From Myxococcota bacterium (lineage in GTDB: Bacteria > Myxococcota_A > UBA796 > GCA-2862545), in the NCBI GenBank assembly GCA_039208735.1, contig JBCCQY010000030.1, positions 1 through 64,000 of the forward strand: a DNA stretch of 64,000 nucleotides, read 5' to 3'. The position numbers were made by a program, and so were the translations under genes. Below, in pieces: positions 1 to 9,859 of the stretch (its first letter is position 1; each line of letters begins with the position of its first letter). The notes under the pieces were generated by a model that was given only the letters and a program-made list of their open reading frames with translations, did no database searches and was not told the origin of the DNA.

Positions 1-1
1 T

Positions 2-706
2 CGCGATCACTGGCCTGACCTGGTCGAACGGCTCCATGGGGTGGTCCATCGGGTCGAACAGCGGCGCGGACGCCCCTTGTCGATGCGCGTGCTCGACTTT
101 GGGGCACCGTTTTGGGGCGACGTCGGTCAGCACGAACAAATGTTCGCGTGGCTGCACGGACTTCGCGACCCAGGACGGACGGGCATCGTCACCCGCGCAC
201 TGGCCGGATTGCTCGGCGAGCCCGACGAACGGGGCAACTGGATCGGCGACGACTGCCACCTCGGGGCGGAGGTTCACGTCCACGATTCGGTGTTGCTCGG
301 CGTGCAGGTGCAATCCGGCACGATTTGCCGTTCGGTCTTGCTCGGCACCACCACCCACACCATTGATGCCGCCAACGCCTTCGACCACAGCAGCATCGCT
401 CCGGCCCTCACCTTGGGCAACCGAGCAGGGAGCTACCGCGTCATCGCGGAAACCCCGGTGGTCGTTCCCGCCGGAGAACGTCTGACGACTGTGCTTTTGC
501 CCGACGGCACGGTCGACCTTCGCGTACGCGAGACGACGGCCCTGCGAGACCGAGCGCGCTGCTACGACGTGCCTATCCTTGGAAACCCCGTGTCGTTTAG
601 GGATGCGCACCGTCGGGCGGCCGAAGTCCCGCCGACCGAACGGGACGAGCGTCGCCAAAGCCTCCGTGAAAAGGTCTTTTCCAAGCGAGACCCTGGTGCT
701 CGGTAA
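2..706 (+). CDS. Hypothetical protein, C-terminal part (5' truncated by window edge)
   Basis: Frame 2 is open from base 2 to TAA at 704-706. Contains weak hexapeptide/beta-helix-like stretches (VHVHDSVLLG, TICRSVLLG). No family recognised. Confidence 0.65.
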   Translation, partial: RDHWPDLVERLHGVVHRVEQRRGRPLSMRVLDFGAPFWGDVGQHEQMFAWLHGLRDPGRTGIVTRALAGLLGEPDERGNWIGDDCHLGAEVHVHDSVLLGVQVQSGTICRSVLLGTTTHTIDAANAFDHSSIAPALTLGNRAGSYRVIAETPVVVPAGERLTTVLLPDGTVDLRVRETTALRDRARCYDVPILGNPVSFRDAHRRAAEVPPTERDERRQSLREKVFSKRDPGAR

Positions 707-763
707 CGAGGACGAGACGTTCCTCTGACACCTGAGGAACGCTCGCCATTGTCGGTAGAAGGT

Positions 764-2104
764 ATGGTGACAACTGTGAGTCGCGTCCTCCCGACCTATG
801 CCACCCTCTTCACGACCGGATGGTTCGTGGGCGGGCTATTGGCAGGGGCATTGGCAGGACGCGCCCTGCTCGAACGTTGGTCCGGGCCGTACGACGACCT
901 CGCGCCACTGGCGCGTGTGGTGGGCACCGTAGAGGCCGAGTACATCGAGCCCATCGAGCGGGATGCCCTCGTCGAAGCAGCGATTCACGGGGTTCTCGAC
1001 CGACTCGACCCCCAATCTCGGTGGCTTGGCCCCAAGCAGTTGCGTGCCCTCCGGGACGACGCGGAGGGCACCACCTCCTCCCTCGGGATCGAGGTCAAGC
1101 CCCACAAAGACGGCGTCGCGGTCACGCGGGTGGTCGAAGGAAGCCCGGCCAGCGAAAAGGGACTCACGACCGGCGACCGCATTCTCGAAGTCGATGGTCG
1201 AACCCTCGCGGGCATGGCGCTGACCGACGTGCAGCGCCACTTGGATGACGGGACGAGCCCGCGCGCCCGCCTCACCGTGCTTCGCGACGGCTGGGCCAAT
1301 CCACGAACCATCGAGACCGAGCGCGACCGGCTGCCTCGCAACGTGGTGACGACCTCGGTGCTGGACCAACAGGTCATCTACGCTCGTCTCATCCAGTTCC
1401 AAGATGGCTCCGCAAACGAGCTGTACGCCGCGTTGGTCGGCCAAGCCCGCCACCTCGGCGGATTCGACAAGACCACAGGGGTGGTGCTCGACCTGCGTGA
1501 CAATCCCGGGGGCCTCCTTTCGGAGGCGGTTGCGGTCACCGATCTCTTCTTGGATGAGGGCGTCATTGTGCGTACCCAGGGCCGGGCGGGAGCGTGGAAC
1601 GAAGAGGTGCACTCCGCCACCCAGGGAGGAATCCCCGCGGGCGTCCCGGTGGTGGTGCTAGTCAATGGAATGTCTGCTTCTGCCTCTGAAATTGTTGCAG
1701 GAGCGTTCCAAGATACCGGACGGGGCGTGCTGGTTGGCCAGCCCACCTACGGCAAAGGCACCGTCCAAAAGGTGTATGTGCCCGATCGCAACGAAGACGC
1801 CGCCATCAAGCTCACCGTCGGTCGCTACACCACACCCAGCGGCCAGCCCGTCGCGCCAAAAGAAGGGCGGGTCCCCGACTACCTGGTGGCGTACCCCACC
1901 CCGCCCGGACCCGTGACGCGACTCATGTCGGAACTCCGGCAGCTGGATCTCGACCCCGACGCGACCCACGAGCTGACCGCCATCGTGGCGACCCTGCCCG
2001 AGGACCCCGAGGTCCGGCCCATCATCGACTGGGATGCCCCTGTAGCCCAGCGCCTGCGCACCGATCCGCAGCTGCAGGCCGCGTGGCGATTGCTCACCCC
2101 GTGA
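764..2104 (+). CDS. S41 family C-terminal processing peptidase (CtpA/Prc type) with PDZ domain
   Basis: N-terminal TM, PDZ (LGIEV...GDRILEVDG), LDLRDNPGGLL, SASASEIVAGA (catalytic Ser), TYGKGTVQ (catalytic Lys). Start uncertain (749 TTG or 764 ATG). Confidence 0.93.
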   Translation: MVTTVSRVLPTYATLFTTGWFVGGLLAGALAGRALLERWSGPYDDLAPLARVVGTVEAEYIEPIERDALVEAAIHGVLDRLDPQSRWLGPKQLRALRDDAEGTTSSLGIEVKPHKDGVAVTRVVEGSPASEKGLTTGDRILEVDGRTLAGMALTDVQRHLDDGTSPRARLTVLRDGWANPRTIETERDRLPRNVVTTSVLDQQVIYARLIQFQDGSANELYAALVGQARHLGGFDKTTGVVLDLRDNPGGLLSEAVAVTDLFLDEGVIVRTQGRAGAWNEEVHSATQGGIPAGVPVVVLVNGMSASASEIVAGAFQDTGRGVLVGQPTYGKGTVQKVYVPDRNEDAAIKLTVGRYTTPSGQPVAPKEGRVPDYLVAYPTPPGPVTRLMSELRQLDLDPDATHELTAIVATLPEDPEVRPIIDWDAPVAQRLRTDPQLQAAWRLLTP

Positions 2105-3449
2105 GTTCGACGGCGTCGCCGACCAGATCGTAGTCCGCGGCCCGGGTGATTCGGACCGGCCGGATCTGACCGATGCGCAGGTCTTCGAGGTGACCCAGAT
2201 AGACCTGTCCATCCACGTCGGGCGCTTGACGAGGCGTACGCCCCTTCCACACGAGCTCGCTTTCCTGGGTCGGCCCCTCGATGAGCACCGGCACCGTCCG
2301 TCCCACAAAGGACGTCAACGTCGCCTGGCTGACCTTGCGCTGCAGTTCCATGAGGCGGGCCTGGCGTTCGACCTTGACCTCGTCCGGCACCTGATTCGGT
2401 AGCGTCGCCGCTGGCGTGCCGTCTTCTTGGAAGTAGGTGAACACCCCGACATGCTCGAATCGCTGGGCCTCGACAAAGTCACAGAGTTCGGCAAAGTCCT
2501 CGTCGGTCTCGCCCGGAAAACCGACGATGAAGGTAGTGCGCACCGCCAAATCTGGGACGGCACCTCGAATGCGGTCGAGGATGCGCTCCTGCCCCGCCCG
2601 CGTCACCCCACGACGCATCGCTTTCAGCATGGGGCCCGAAGCGTGCTGAAGCGGAATATCAAGGTACGGGCAGACTTTTGGATTCCCTGCAAGTTGCTCG
2701 AGCAGGCCTTCCGGAATGCCATGAGGGTAGGCGTAGTGCAGCCGAATCCAACGGATCCCGTCCACTTCCGAAAGTGCTTGGACCAAGTGTCCCAAACCGG
2801 GACGTTCGGGCAGATCTCGGCCGTACCCCGTCGAATCCTGACTCACGAGGTTGAGTTCGACCACGCCTTCGCTCACAAGGCGCTCGGCCTCGGCCACGAG
2901 CGAGGGCACCGTGCGGGAACGGAGGCGCCCCCGAAGGGTCGGGATGATGCAGAACGCGCAGGTGTGGTTGCAGCCTTCACTGATCTTGAGGTAGGCGCTG
3001 CATCGGCTGAAACTATGGATGCGCGGGGCGAATTCATCATGGATGTAGAGTGGAACATCCACGTGGGTCTTCATCGGGCGCTCGGCGGCCAAGATCTCGG
3101 CGATGCGATGGTACTCGCCGGTCCCGATGAAGTGGTCGACCTCGGGTAGCTCCCCCTCGAGCGACCGTCCGTAGCGCTGCACCATGCAGCCCGTGACCAC
3201 CAACGTCTCACAGTCGCCGGCCGCTTTGTGCTGGCTCATCTCGAGGATGGTGTCGATCGACTCTTCGGTGGCCGGCTCAATGAAGGAGCACGTATTGACC
3301 ACAATGACGTTGGCATCATCGGGTTCATCGACCATCACGAAGTCGTGGTTAAGCAGCGTCCCGAGCATCACCTCGCTGTCGACCCGGTTCTTCGGGCAAC
3401 CGAGCGACACGAGGTGAACCCGGCGCACAGACGGGTCAGCCGGCATCAA
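2094..3449 (-). CDS. rimO: Ribosomal protein S12 methylthiotransferase RimO
   Basis: SLGCPKNRVDSE, NTCSFI, radical SAM CNHTCAFC, RTTFIVGFPGET, APDVDG and C-terminal TRAM domain. Confidence 0.95.
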   Translation of the reverse strand: MMPADPSVRRVHLVSLGCPKNRVDSEVMLGTLLNHDFVMVDEPDDANVIVVNTCSFIEPATEESIDTILEMSQHKAAGDCETLVVTGCMVQRYGRSLEGELPEVDHFIGTGEYHRIAEILAAERPMKTHVDVPLYIHDEFAPRIHSFSRCSAYLKISEGCNHTCAFCIIPTLRGRLRSRTVPSLVAEAERLVSEGVVELNLVSQDSTGYGRDLPERPGLGHLVQALSEVDGIRWIRLHYAYPHGIPEGLLEQLAGNPKVCPYLDIPLQHASGPMLKAMRRGVTRAGQERILDRIRGAVPDLAVRTTFIVGFPGETDEDFAELCDFVEAQRFEHVGVFTYFQEDGTPAATLPNQVPDEVKVERQARLMELQRKVSQATLTSFVGRTVPVLIEGPTQESELVWKGRTPRQAPDVDGQVYLGHLEDLRIGQIRPVRITRAADYDLVGDAVELTG

Positions 3450-4107
3450 TAATCTCCACGCCCTCGGGCACTTGGAACGTAAACGTCCCCTCGGGCACTT
3501 GAGCGCCCAGGCGCGTCTTGCGGAAGGTCAAGTTGGTGACATTGTCCATGGGATCGACCAAGCGCAAGCCCGACAGGGCGAGCTTGTCATCGAGGGCGAG
3601 CACGATCTCCTTGACCTGGGACCGCATGGTCGGATCCTTTGGCACCAGCTGGAGTCGATAGCCCGTCTCCGCGGGCAGCGCCTTGGGATCGAAGTCGTCG
3701 CCCACCTTGTGCAATGACATCAGCAGGTTGTTGGCGATCATGCTCTGCTCTTGGATCTGCGAGAACCGCAGCACCTGCTTTTGGGCCGGCTGGTAGATCC
3801 ATAGGGTCTTGCCGTCCAGCACATACTGCTTGCCGGAACCTGCAAAGTCCCACCGCATGCGGTTCGGCCGCTGCAACAGGATCTCACCCACCTGCTCGTC
3901 CCGGCCATACAACGCAGACTCGGTGACCTGTACGAACGAGGCGGTCAGCGTGTCAACGGGTGCGTAGGTCTTTTGGATGCGGGCCACCAGCGTCGCGGTC
4001 TCGGCCTCGGTCAACGCCGGCGGCGTGGGTGGGGACGTCGGCGCAGCCATCACCGGGCCCGGCAGCGTCATCAGCAAGCATCCAAGGGTCATCCAGGGTG
4101 CGGCCAT
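3436..4107 (-). CDS. lolA: Outer membrane lipoprotein carrier protein LolA
   Basis: Signal peptide, ASFVQ, QRPNRMRWDF, DGKTLWIYQP, FTFQVPEGVEII; sits between ftsK-like gene and rimO; GAGGAGG RBS. Confidence 0.9.
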   Translation of the reverse strand: MAAPWMTLGCLLMTLPGPVMAAPTSPPTPPALTEAETATLVARIQKTYAPVDTLTASFVQVTESALYGRDEQVGEILLQRPNRMRWDFAGSGKQYVLDGKTLWIYQPAQKQVLRFSQIQEQSMIANNLLMSLHKVGDDFDPKALPAETGYRLQLVPKDPTMRSQVKEIVLALDDKLALSGLRLVDPMDNVTNLTFRKTRLGAQVPEGTFTFQVPEGVEIIDAG

Positions 4108-4170
4108 GGGGCCTCCTCGTTCGGGTCGTCAGCGGGTCTTCCATTCACCCAACCCGGCCGAGGGGCCAGG

Positions 4171-6252
4171 TCATCCGGATCGAAGGGGTGGTCGCCAGGG
4201 CGGCGCACGGTCGGCCCCGGCATCTGGCACGTGAACCCTCGTGAGAACCCCGTCGGGCTGTAACCAGAGCGCATCGCCCTGCCCAAGCAGCGTCTCCGCT
4301 CCTGCGATGCCAAGGGCCTCCTTCGACGCTTCAGGGGAGGCTTGCGTGAACACGAGTCGCCCGGCGTCGTCGGGCCGCCCGGAGAGTGGCAACGGACGCT
4401 TCGAAGCCACGATGACATGGACGCCCACCGCGGCCCCGTGCTCGATCACACGTGACAACGTGGGCATCAGCCTCGAGGCCTTGGCCGCGAGTTCGTCGAA
4501 GCGATCGAGAACCACCAACCAATGGGCCTGCCGCGAAGACCGGACCCGGGGTCCCGCTCCCAGGAGCACACGGTCCCGGGGCGTGGCCCCTCTGGGGGTC
4601 GCCGCCAGCCGCCGGCGCTCCACTTCTCGCAACACGCCTTTGAGAACCGCTACCGCGACGCGAGCCCGGCGCACCACGGGTTGCACCAAGGCCGTTCGGC
4701 TCTCGTAGGGGGCAAAGAGTTCGGCGTCGGGAGTCACCAAGACGAGCCCTAGACCCCGCCTGGGGGGCCGCTCCATCGCTGATTCCACCATGGTCCGCAA
4801 CGCGTTGCCGCGACCATCCGCCCCCAGGACGACCAGGTGTGACATCGTTTCGAGATCTGCAAATACGGGGTTCCCTCGCTCGTCTACGCCCATTCCGACG
4901 GGCATCTGGTTTCCGACCTCAGGCCGGGCCGCGAGCACGGTATGCAGCGCGATGGGCTGCCGGGGGTAGGTCGGAACTTGGATCCCGACGTCACGCGTGC
5001 CGTCCCAGGGGACGACCCTCACGGCGGGAACCCCAAGGGCATCGGCAAGTGCAGACTGCTTGTCGACGATCGCCTTGGGTTCGAGGTGGCGTTCAGGCCG
5101 AATCCCCACCGTTGTGACGACCGGACCTTCCCACACCTGGGTCACCCGCCCGTACAGTCGCAAACCGGTCAGCGCTTGGACCACGCGTTCGTCAATGCCC
5201 GCACCGCTCGGAGGCCCCGACGGCGTGGGCACGATGCCCATTCGAGCCCCCCGTCCGGGATTGCGGGGCCCCAACGCAGGGAACAACTGCAACACGGAGT
5301 CTCCGTCACGTAGAGAATCGGACCGTTGGGATCGGCGGCGACGGGGGGTCAGCAAGGGTGAACCTCGCCGATCGTATTCGGAGGGGTCCGTAGTCTCGAA
5401 CACTACATCCGCCGCGCCAGGGTCCACGAGCGGCAACAGCGGCGTATCGACTGCGGGCTCCGCAGCAACCGGTCGAGGCGGGGGAAGCGGAACCGGACTC
5501 CGACGCCGTCCCCAAACAGGCAACGCCGGGCGGTCGGGCTCTCGAGGCCAAACGCTCTCTGGCGTAGGCCAGGCCTCCTCGGCAGGACCCTGCAGTGAAC
5601 GGGCCAGGGCTCCGCCGACGGCACGTCCCGACCAGGACAGCATGTTCTCGCCCGCCGCGACGGAACGAGCCGCGATCTGACGCAGTGAAATTCGGAAGAC
5701 CGCCACGAGGCAGAACACGCTGACGCTGGTACAAACCAGCAGCGTGCCCACGGTACCCAGCAACGGGGTGAGGTTGTTGACCACGATCTGACCAAGGGCA
5801 CCACCGGCCGGGTACGCGCTCGGATCCGTGAAGACGGTTGCGATGACGCCGCACGCCCCCGTGAGCCCTACGGCAAACAGGATCCACTCATGAACGGGCT
5901 GCAGGGGACGGCCCGCGAGCGCCAAGACCGAAGCCACCATGCCCAAGAACACGGACCACGCGCCGTACCCCACCCCCTGAAACAGAACGTCGGCGAGGTT
6001 CGCCCCGACCGGCCCGCAGGGGTTGGTGACGTCTCCAGGACCTGGGCTGATCAACGTGGGATCCCCCGGGCCGTAGCCAATCAAGGCCACAAGCACAAAG
6101 GCACACGCAAAGAAAACGGCCAACCACCCAAGCTGGAACGGGGAGCGCTTCAGTGGAGCGGGTTGCCAGGAGGTCTCTGCCCACACATGGACTCCGGAGG
6201 AGGCGATGGTTGCCTCTTCCACAAATCCGTATCCCAGTCTCCGAATCCACAA
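4171..6252 (-). CDS. ftsK: FtsK/SpoIIIE-like protein, degenerate motor (4TM domain, alpha domain, eroded RecA-like domain, no gamma domain)
   Basis: FtsK 4TM motifs (NPCGPVGANLAD, AGGALG), alpha domain (GPVVT...VGIQVP), GAETLLGQGD; upstream of lolA. Walker A reads GADGRGNA. Start uncertain (6252 TTG or 6186 GTG). Confidence 0.82.
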   Translation of the reverse strand: MWIRRLGYGFVEEATIASSGVHVWAETSWQPAPLKRSPFQLGWLAVFFACAFVLVALIGYGPGDPTLISPGPGDVTNPCGPVGANLADVLFQGVGYGAWSVFLGMVASVLALAGRPLQPVHEWILFAVGLTGACGVIATVFTDPSAYPAGGALGQIVVNNLTPLLGTVGTLLVCTSVSVFCLVAVFRISLRQIAARSVAAGENMLSWSGRAVGGALARSLQGPAEEAWPTPESVWPREPDRPALPVWGRRRSPVPLPPPRPVAAEPAVDTPLLPLVDPGAADVVFETTDPSEYDRRGSPLLTPRRRRSQRSDSLRDGDSVLQLFPALGPRNPGRGARMGIVPTPSGPPSGAGIDERVVQALTGLRLYGRVTQVWEGPVVTTVGIRPERHLEPKAIVDKQSALADALGVPAVRVVPWDGTRDVGIQVPTYPRQPIALHTVLAARPEVGNQMPVGMGVDERGNPVFADLETMSHLVVLGADGRGNALRTMVESAMERPPRRGLGLVLVTPDAELFAPYESRTALVQPVVRRARVAVAVLKGVLREVERRRLAATPRGATPRDRVLLGAGPRVRSSRQAHWLVVLDRFDELAAKASRLMPTLSRVIEHGAAVGVHVIVASKRPLPLSGRPDDAGRLVFTQASPEASKEALGIAGAETLLGQGDALWLQPDGVLTRVHVPDAGADRAPPWRPPLRSG

Positions 6253-6280
6253 GCTTGGCGTCGGGTGAACTCACTGTCCT

Positions 6281-7570
6281 CTAGTAGGCAAACGAGGTCA
6301 ACACCTGGAAGTGGAAGTCGTCGTACTCCACATTCTCCACGCTCGACGCGCGCTGTTGCCACCACCCCCCAACGGAAAGTCGTGCCCACGTTCCAAGCGG
6401 TGTCGCAAGCCCCAGCTGGAACCGATTCAGGACGTCATTCCTTGCAAGTTCGCCATTGTATTTTTCGAATCGAATCGAATACCGAGCACTTGGCTCGAAG
6501 CGGCCCATCCGACCTGTGTATTCAAGGTTGAAGGCGTTCAGAGCAAGGTAGTTGGAAAAGAAGGAGTCGTTGAAGTCCTTCGTGTATCCGGCTCGAAGCC
6601 GAGATCCGGGACGATCCCCCACGGCCTGAGTGAGGTCGTACCGTAGGCTGAACTTGAACAACAACCCATCCAGGCCCGAGGTTCCTAGACTCGCGGCCTG
6701 AGACGTTCCGTCGTAAACGCCGATGCCGTAGCCAAGCAACACCTGAGCGAACAACCGCCGGGTGAACTGACCATCGAGACCCCCTCGAACCTTGTAAAAG
6801 GTCGAGTTCGGCAGCTCGATTTCCTCATCGTCGCCGTTGGAGTCGAGCGCGTTTTCCGCCCAATTCTGCCAGGTCACATCTGCATCGAGGACCACCGCCG
6901 TGCGAGGCAGAAACCGCCATTCGAGGTCGAGGGAGGGGCCATAGATGTGACGCTGGTTCAGCGAACGATCGCCGCCGGCTTCCAAACGAGGAATCCGGAA
7001 ATCGTCATACGACCACGTGCCGTTCGGCGTGATGGAAAGGGCCGAACTTGGGGAGAACCTTAGGTCGAAGGCGAAGTCGTTCCGAAGGTGTGAGGTGTAT
7101 GGAAGATCGGCGTACTCAGCATCTGCCGTCGTGTTTCTCTGGGTCAACGCGTCGCGAATCGAAAATCCGACACGGTTGCGCTTGAACGACTCCATGGCCA
7201 GCGAGGCACTGCCGTTATCGAAGCGATCGAGGCTACCAATTCGTTGGCCGGAGGGACGCGGTACCCCGACCTGCTGGGTGCCGACAAAGAAGAACTTCTG
7301 GATTTCCCAACGGCCCCGGGCTTCGAACCGGTGGTCCTCACCATTGGCCGCCATTCCCAGGCCCGCCGCGAAGTTCACGTTGGCGGCAGGCACCGGGTCC
7401 TGCTCGCTTCGGTACACGTTCGTCCGGTACTCGCTCCCTAAATCGAGCGTAGGCGACAGTTCGATCGCCCCCACACGAATGTGGTCTCCGGGTGCTCCCC
7501 AGGCGACGGACGACGTCGCCAACGCGCCCCCGAGCAGCCACGCCAACCGACAACCCTGGCAGGTCCCCAT
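6281..7570 (-). CDS. Outer membrane beta-barrel protein (resembles BBP2 / EpsX-Wzp-type polysaccharide translocon barrels)
   Basis: Signal peptide ending AWG, many alternating amphipathic strands, C-terminal aromatic beta-signal (FQVLTSFAY), N-terminal LSPTLDLGSEYRTNVY. ATG at 7570 overlaps upstream TGA (TGATG). Confidence 0.75.
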   Translation of the reverse strand: MGTCQGCRLAWLLGGALATSSVAWGAPGDHIRVGAIELSPTLDLGSEYRTNVYRSEQDPVPAANVNFAAGLGMAANGEDHRFEARGRWEIQKFFFVGTQQVGVPRPSGQRIGSLDRFDNGSASLAMESFKRNRVGFSIRDALTQRNTTADAEYADLPYTSHLRNDFAFDLRFSPSSALSITPNGTWSYDDFRIPRLEAGGDRSLNQRHIYGPSLDLEWRFLPRTAVVLDADVTWQNWAENALDSNGDDEEIELPNSTFYKVRGGLDGQFTRRLFAQVLLGYGIGVYDGTSQAASLGTSGLDGLLFKFSLRYDLTQAVGDRPGSRLRAGYTKDFNDSFFSNYLALNAFNLEYTGRMGRFEPSARYSIRFEKYNGELARNDVLNRFQLGLATPLGTWARLSVGGWWQQRASSVENVEYDDFHFQVLTSFAY

Positions 7571-8124
7571 CACAGGAAGGGACTCACTTGCGGCGGATCG
7601 ACGCTGGTGTCGAGGTCGGAGATTTCGGGCACCACGAACGCGTCGCTGGACGTCAGGTCTTGGTCTTGACTGACGTTGGTGGTCGTGGTTCCGGTTTCGA
7701 ATCGCTGGCCCGCCGCACATCGCTGAGCCTCCCCCAGCAACGCACGGGTCTTCGTCATCGCGACGGTGACTTTGCGTAGCTCATGACCCGCGCGCTCCTC
7801 GGCTTGGGAAGCCAACGCCCCGACCAACGCGGTCTGCGCCCCCTCGGTGACCCGAGACAGCGCCTTTACCGACGTCAGCCGGGTCACGAGGCACTCGACT
7901 GCGTTGGGGTCGTTCTGCTTCTTCTGCTGGTCGAGCATGCGTGTGAGTTGCTTTTCTGCCGCCTGAATCTCGCTTCGAACGCTCTGGACGAAGGCGAGTT
8001 TTTCAGGCGGGGTCGCATTTGCGATAGCCACCCCATCCCCGCGACCCGGGGCCTGCGCGAAGGCCGTCCCAGACAGCACGAGCGCAAGAAGTGCAACCAC
8101 CGCCTTGGTGCCATTCATGAGCAT
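7570..8124 (-). CDS. Secreted alpha-helical protein with two Cys and an acidic/Pro tail
   Basis: GGAGG upstream of ATG 8124; signal peptide ...LSGTAFA-Q; helical body with ECL and QRC; ends DPPQVSPFL. Confidence 0.8.
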   Translation of the reverse strand: MLMNGTKAVVALLALVLSGTAFAQAPGRGDGVAIANATPPEKLAFVQSVRSEIQAAEKQLTRMLDQQKKQNDPNAVECLVTRLTSVKALSRVTEGAQTALVGALASQAEERAGHELRKVTVAMTKTRALLGEAQRCAAGQRFETGTTTTNVSQDQDLTSSDAFVVPEISDLDTSVDPPQVSPFL

Positions 8125-8230
8125 TCGACCTCCGGACTCATCCGAGCTTCCACTCCGACGGATCGAAACCCGTTCAACTCGAGTCCGCGTCCGTTGCCGC
8201 GCGGTGTCAGTCGTTCGCGCGTCATGGGTC

Positions 8231-9592
8231 CTACTTCTTGGCCTGGAAGGCGAAAGGCCAGGACAGTTCGCCGTCGACATCTGACGGGAATTGCCACCGA
8301 CGAATCTTCTTCGTGATGCAGTCAGCGAGTTCGGCATCGTTGGTTCCGTTGTAGATGATCCAGGGAGCGCCATCGACTTTCCCGGAAACCACCATCCAAC
8401 CCACTTCGACACGCCCTTCAAGGGTGGGTACGGCCTTGAGCCGCTTCTCGTAGCAGTACGTGAGCTGACCCGAATACCGCTTCACGACAGATTTCACGGC
8501 GTTCTCGTCGCCAGAGGCGGCAATCCGTCCGGTCTCGGCCCGGACGCGGGGCTTGACGGTCACCGCGGGCCCGGAGACGTCGCCACCCGCGCCACCGCCG
8601 ATGCCCTTCACATCGCGCTTGACCGCCTCGTTGCCTCCGGCCTTCGCCGTGCGCAGCTTGGGGCCTTCATCGGCGGTGGCCATCGCTTTTTCGGCGAGCA
8701 CCTTGTTCAGGTCGCCCCCGCCCTGCTGCTCTTCGGGCGACCAGAGGTTGGCGGTGATGCCCTTTCCTTCGCCCGTCGTACCCAGCATCTGCAGAATTGC
8801 CGACTTTTGAGTCAGCTCAGACTTTCGCTCGGCTTCCCGCTGGATGGTTTCGACATCCTTCGTCTGCTTGGGCGGAGGACGTTCTTTCACGGGCTCAGGC
8901 GGCTTTGGCGTCTCTTCGACCTTCTGTTCGACCTGAGTGCCGGTCGTCTCCTCGGCCGCCTCTTCTTCTTTCTGCTCTTCTTCGACGCGCTCGGGCGTTG
9001 CCTTCTTCTCGGGCACAATGACCTTGGCAAAGCGGTCGGGGACGTCCTCAAGCGTGAACTTGGGCGGTTCGGTGTTCCACACCCAGACCACCATGACGCA
9101 GGCGATGGCCGTCCAGATGAGCAGGAACCCCAAAAAGACGGGGTCGTCGTCCTGCATGAGGCGCGGCCGAAAGTCCATCGCCTGGATGGGCTTGAGCACC
9201 TGGGCCGGAGGAGGAGGCAGGAACTGAAACAAGATTTTGGTGGAACCAATCTTGATCTTGCCGCGGTCCTTTTCGGTGAGCGGAACCTGGGCAACCGGCC
9301 CCTGTTTCGTCACCTTTCCGTCGTCGAGCAGCTCCGAGAGCTTGTCGACCCGACCGCCCGACTCCAGGCGACCGGCCACGCCCTTCGCGAAGCGCAGCAC
9401 GTAGCCGTTGCCCGATGCCCGGAATAGCGCGAATTCTTCTTCAGGAAGGTCGCTTTTCGGGAGGACGAACGTGCACTTTGAAGACTCCCCGACGGTGACC
9501 GAATCACCAGGATCGACCGTCTTATCCAGGATGTTGTCACCCTGAATGATACGAATGCAAAGCACTTTCGTCGGACGCGAGGCAGAGGCCAT
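8231..9592 (-). CDS. GltG/PglI-like protein (FHA-like N-terminus, single TM, charged linker, TonB-C-like AgmX/PglI domain)
   Basis: SVTVGESSKCTFVLP...RGKIKIG N-domain, TM FLGFLLIWTAIACVMVVWV, E/K/P-rich linker, C-terminal CYEKRLK...GRVEV...DCITKKIRRWQFP. Confidence 0.85.
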   Translation of the reverse strand: MASASRPTKVLCIRIIQGDNILDKTVDPGDSVTVGESSKCTFVLPKSDLPEEEFALFRASGNGYVLRFAKGVAGRLESGGRVDKLSELLDDGKVTKQGPVAQVPLTEKDRGKIKIGSTKILFQFLPPPPAQVLKPIQAMDFRPRLMQDDDPVFLGFLLIWTAIACVMVVWVWNTEPPKFTLEDVPDRFAKVIVPEKKATPERVEEEQKEEEAAEETTGTQVEQKVEETPKPPEPVKERPPPKQTKDVETIQREAERKSELTQKSAILQMLGTTGEGKGITANLWSPEEQQGGGDLNKVLAEKAMATADEGPKLRTAKAGGNEAVKRDVKGIGGGAGGDVSGPAVTVKPRVRAETGRIAASGDENAVKSVVKRYSGQLTYCYEKRLKAVPTLEGRVEVGWMVVSGKVDGAPWIIYNGTNDAELADCITKKIRRWQFPSDVDGELSWPFAFQAKK

Positions 9593-9782
9593 GAAAAGAG
9601 TTCTCCGGGCACTAGCCCTGCGGGACGGCTCTCCTCCTCTGCGCGAACGCGGGAGAGCCCATCATGACGATCAACGTGATCATCGGATGGGCCCCCGTTG
9701 ACTTTCGGGTCAGTTGGAAGCGAAGGTCACAAGGCCGTTGTGACCGATTCGTGACTGTATTGGATACGAGTGTTTGAACCAC

Positions 9783-9812
9783 AAAAAAGGAATCCCGCGT
9801 ATGCGGGATTCC
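9783..9812 (-). terminator. Rho-independent terminator downstream of the aglS-like gene
   Basis: Perfect 10-bp stem GGAATCCCGC (9789-9798) / GCGGGATTCC (9803-9812), 4-nt loop, followed on the minus strand by T6. Confidence 0.9.
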
Positions 9813-9859
9813 AAGGAGGGAGGAGAGATTCAAACGCTGGGCGCGTGCGCCCGAAAGAC

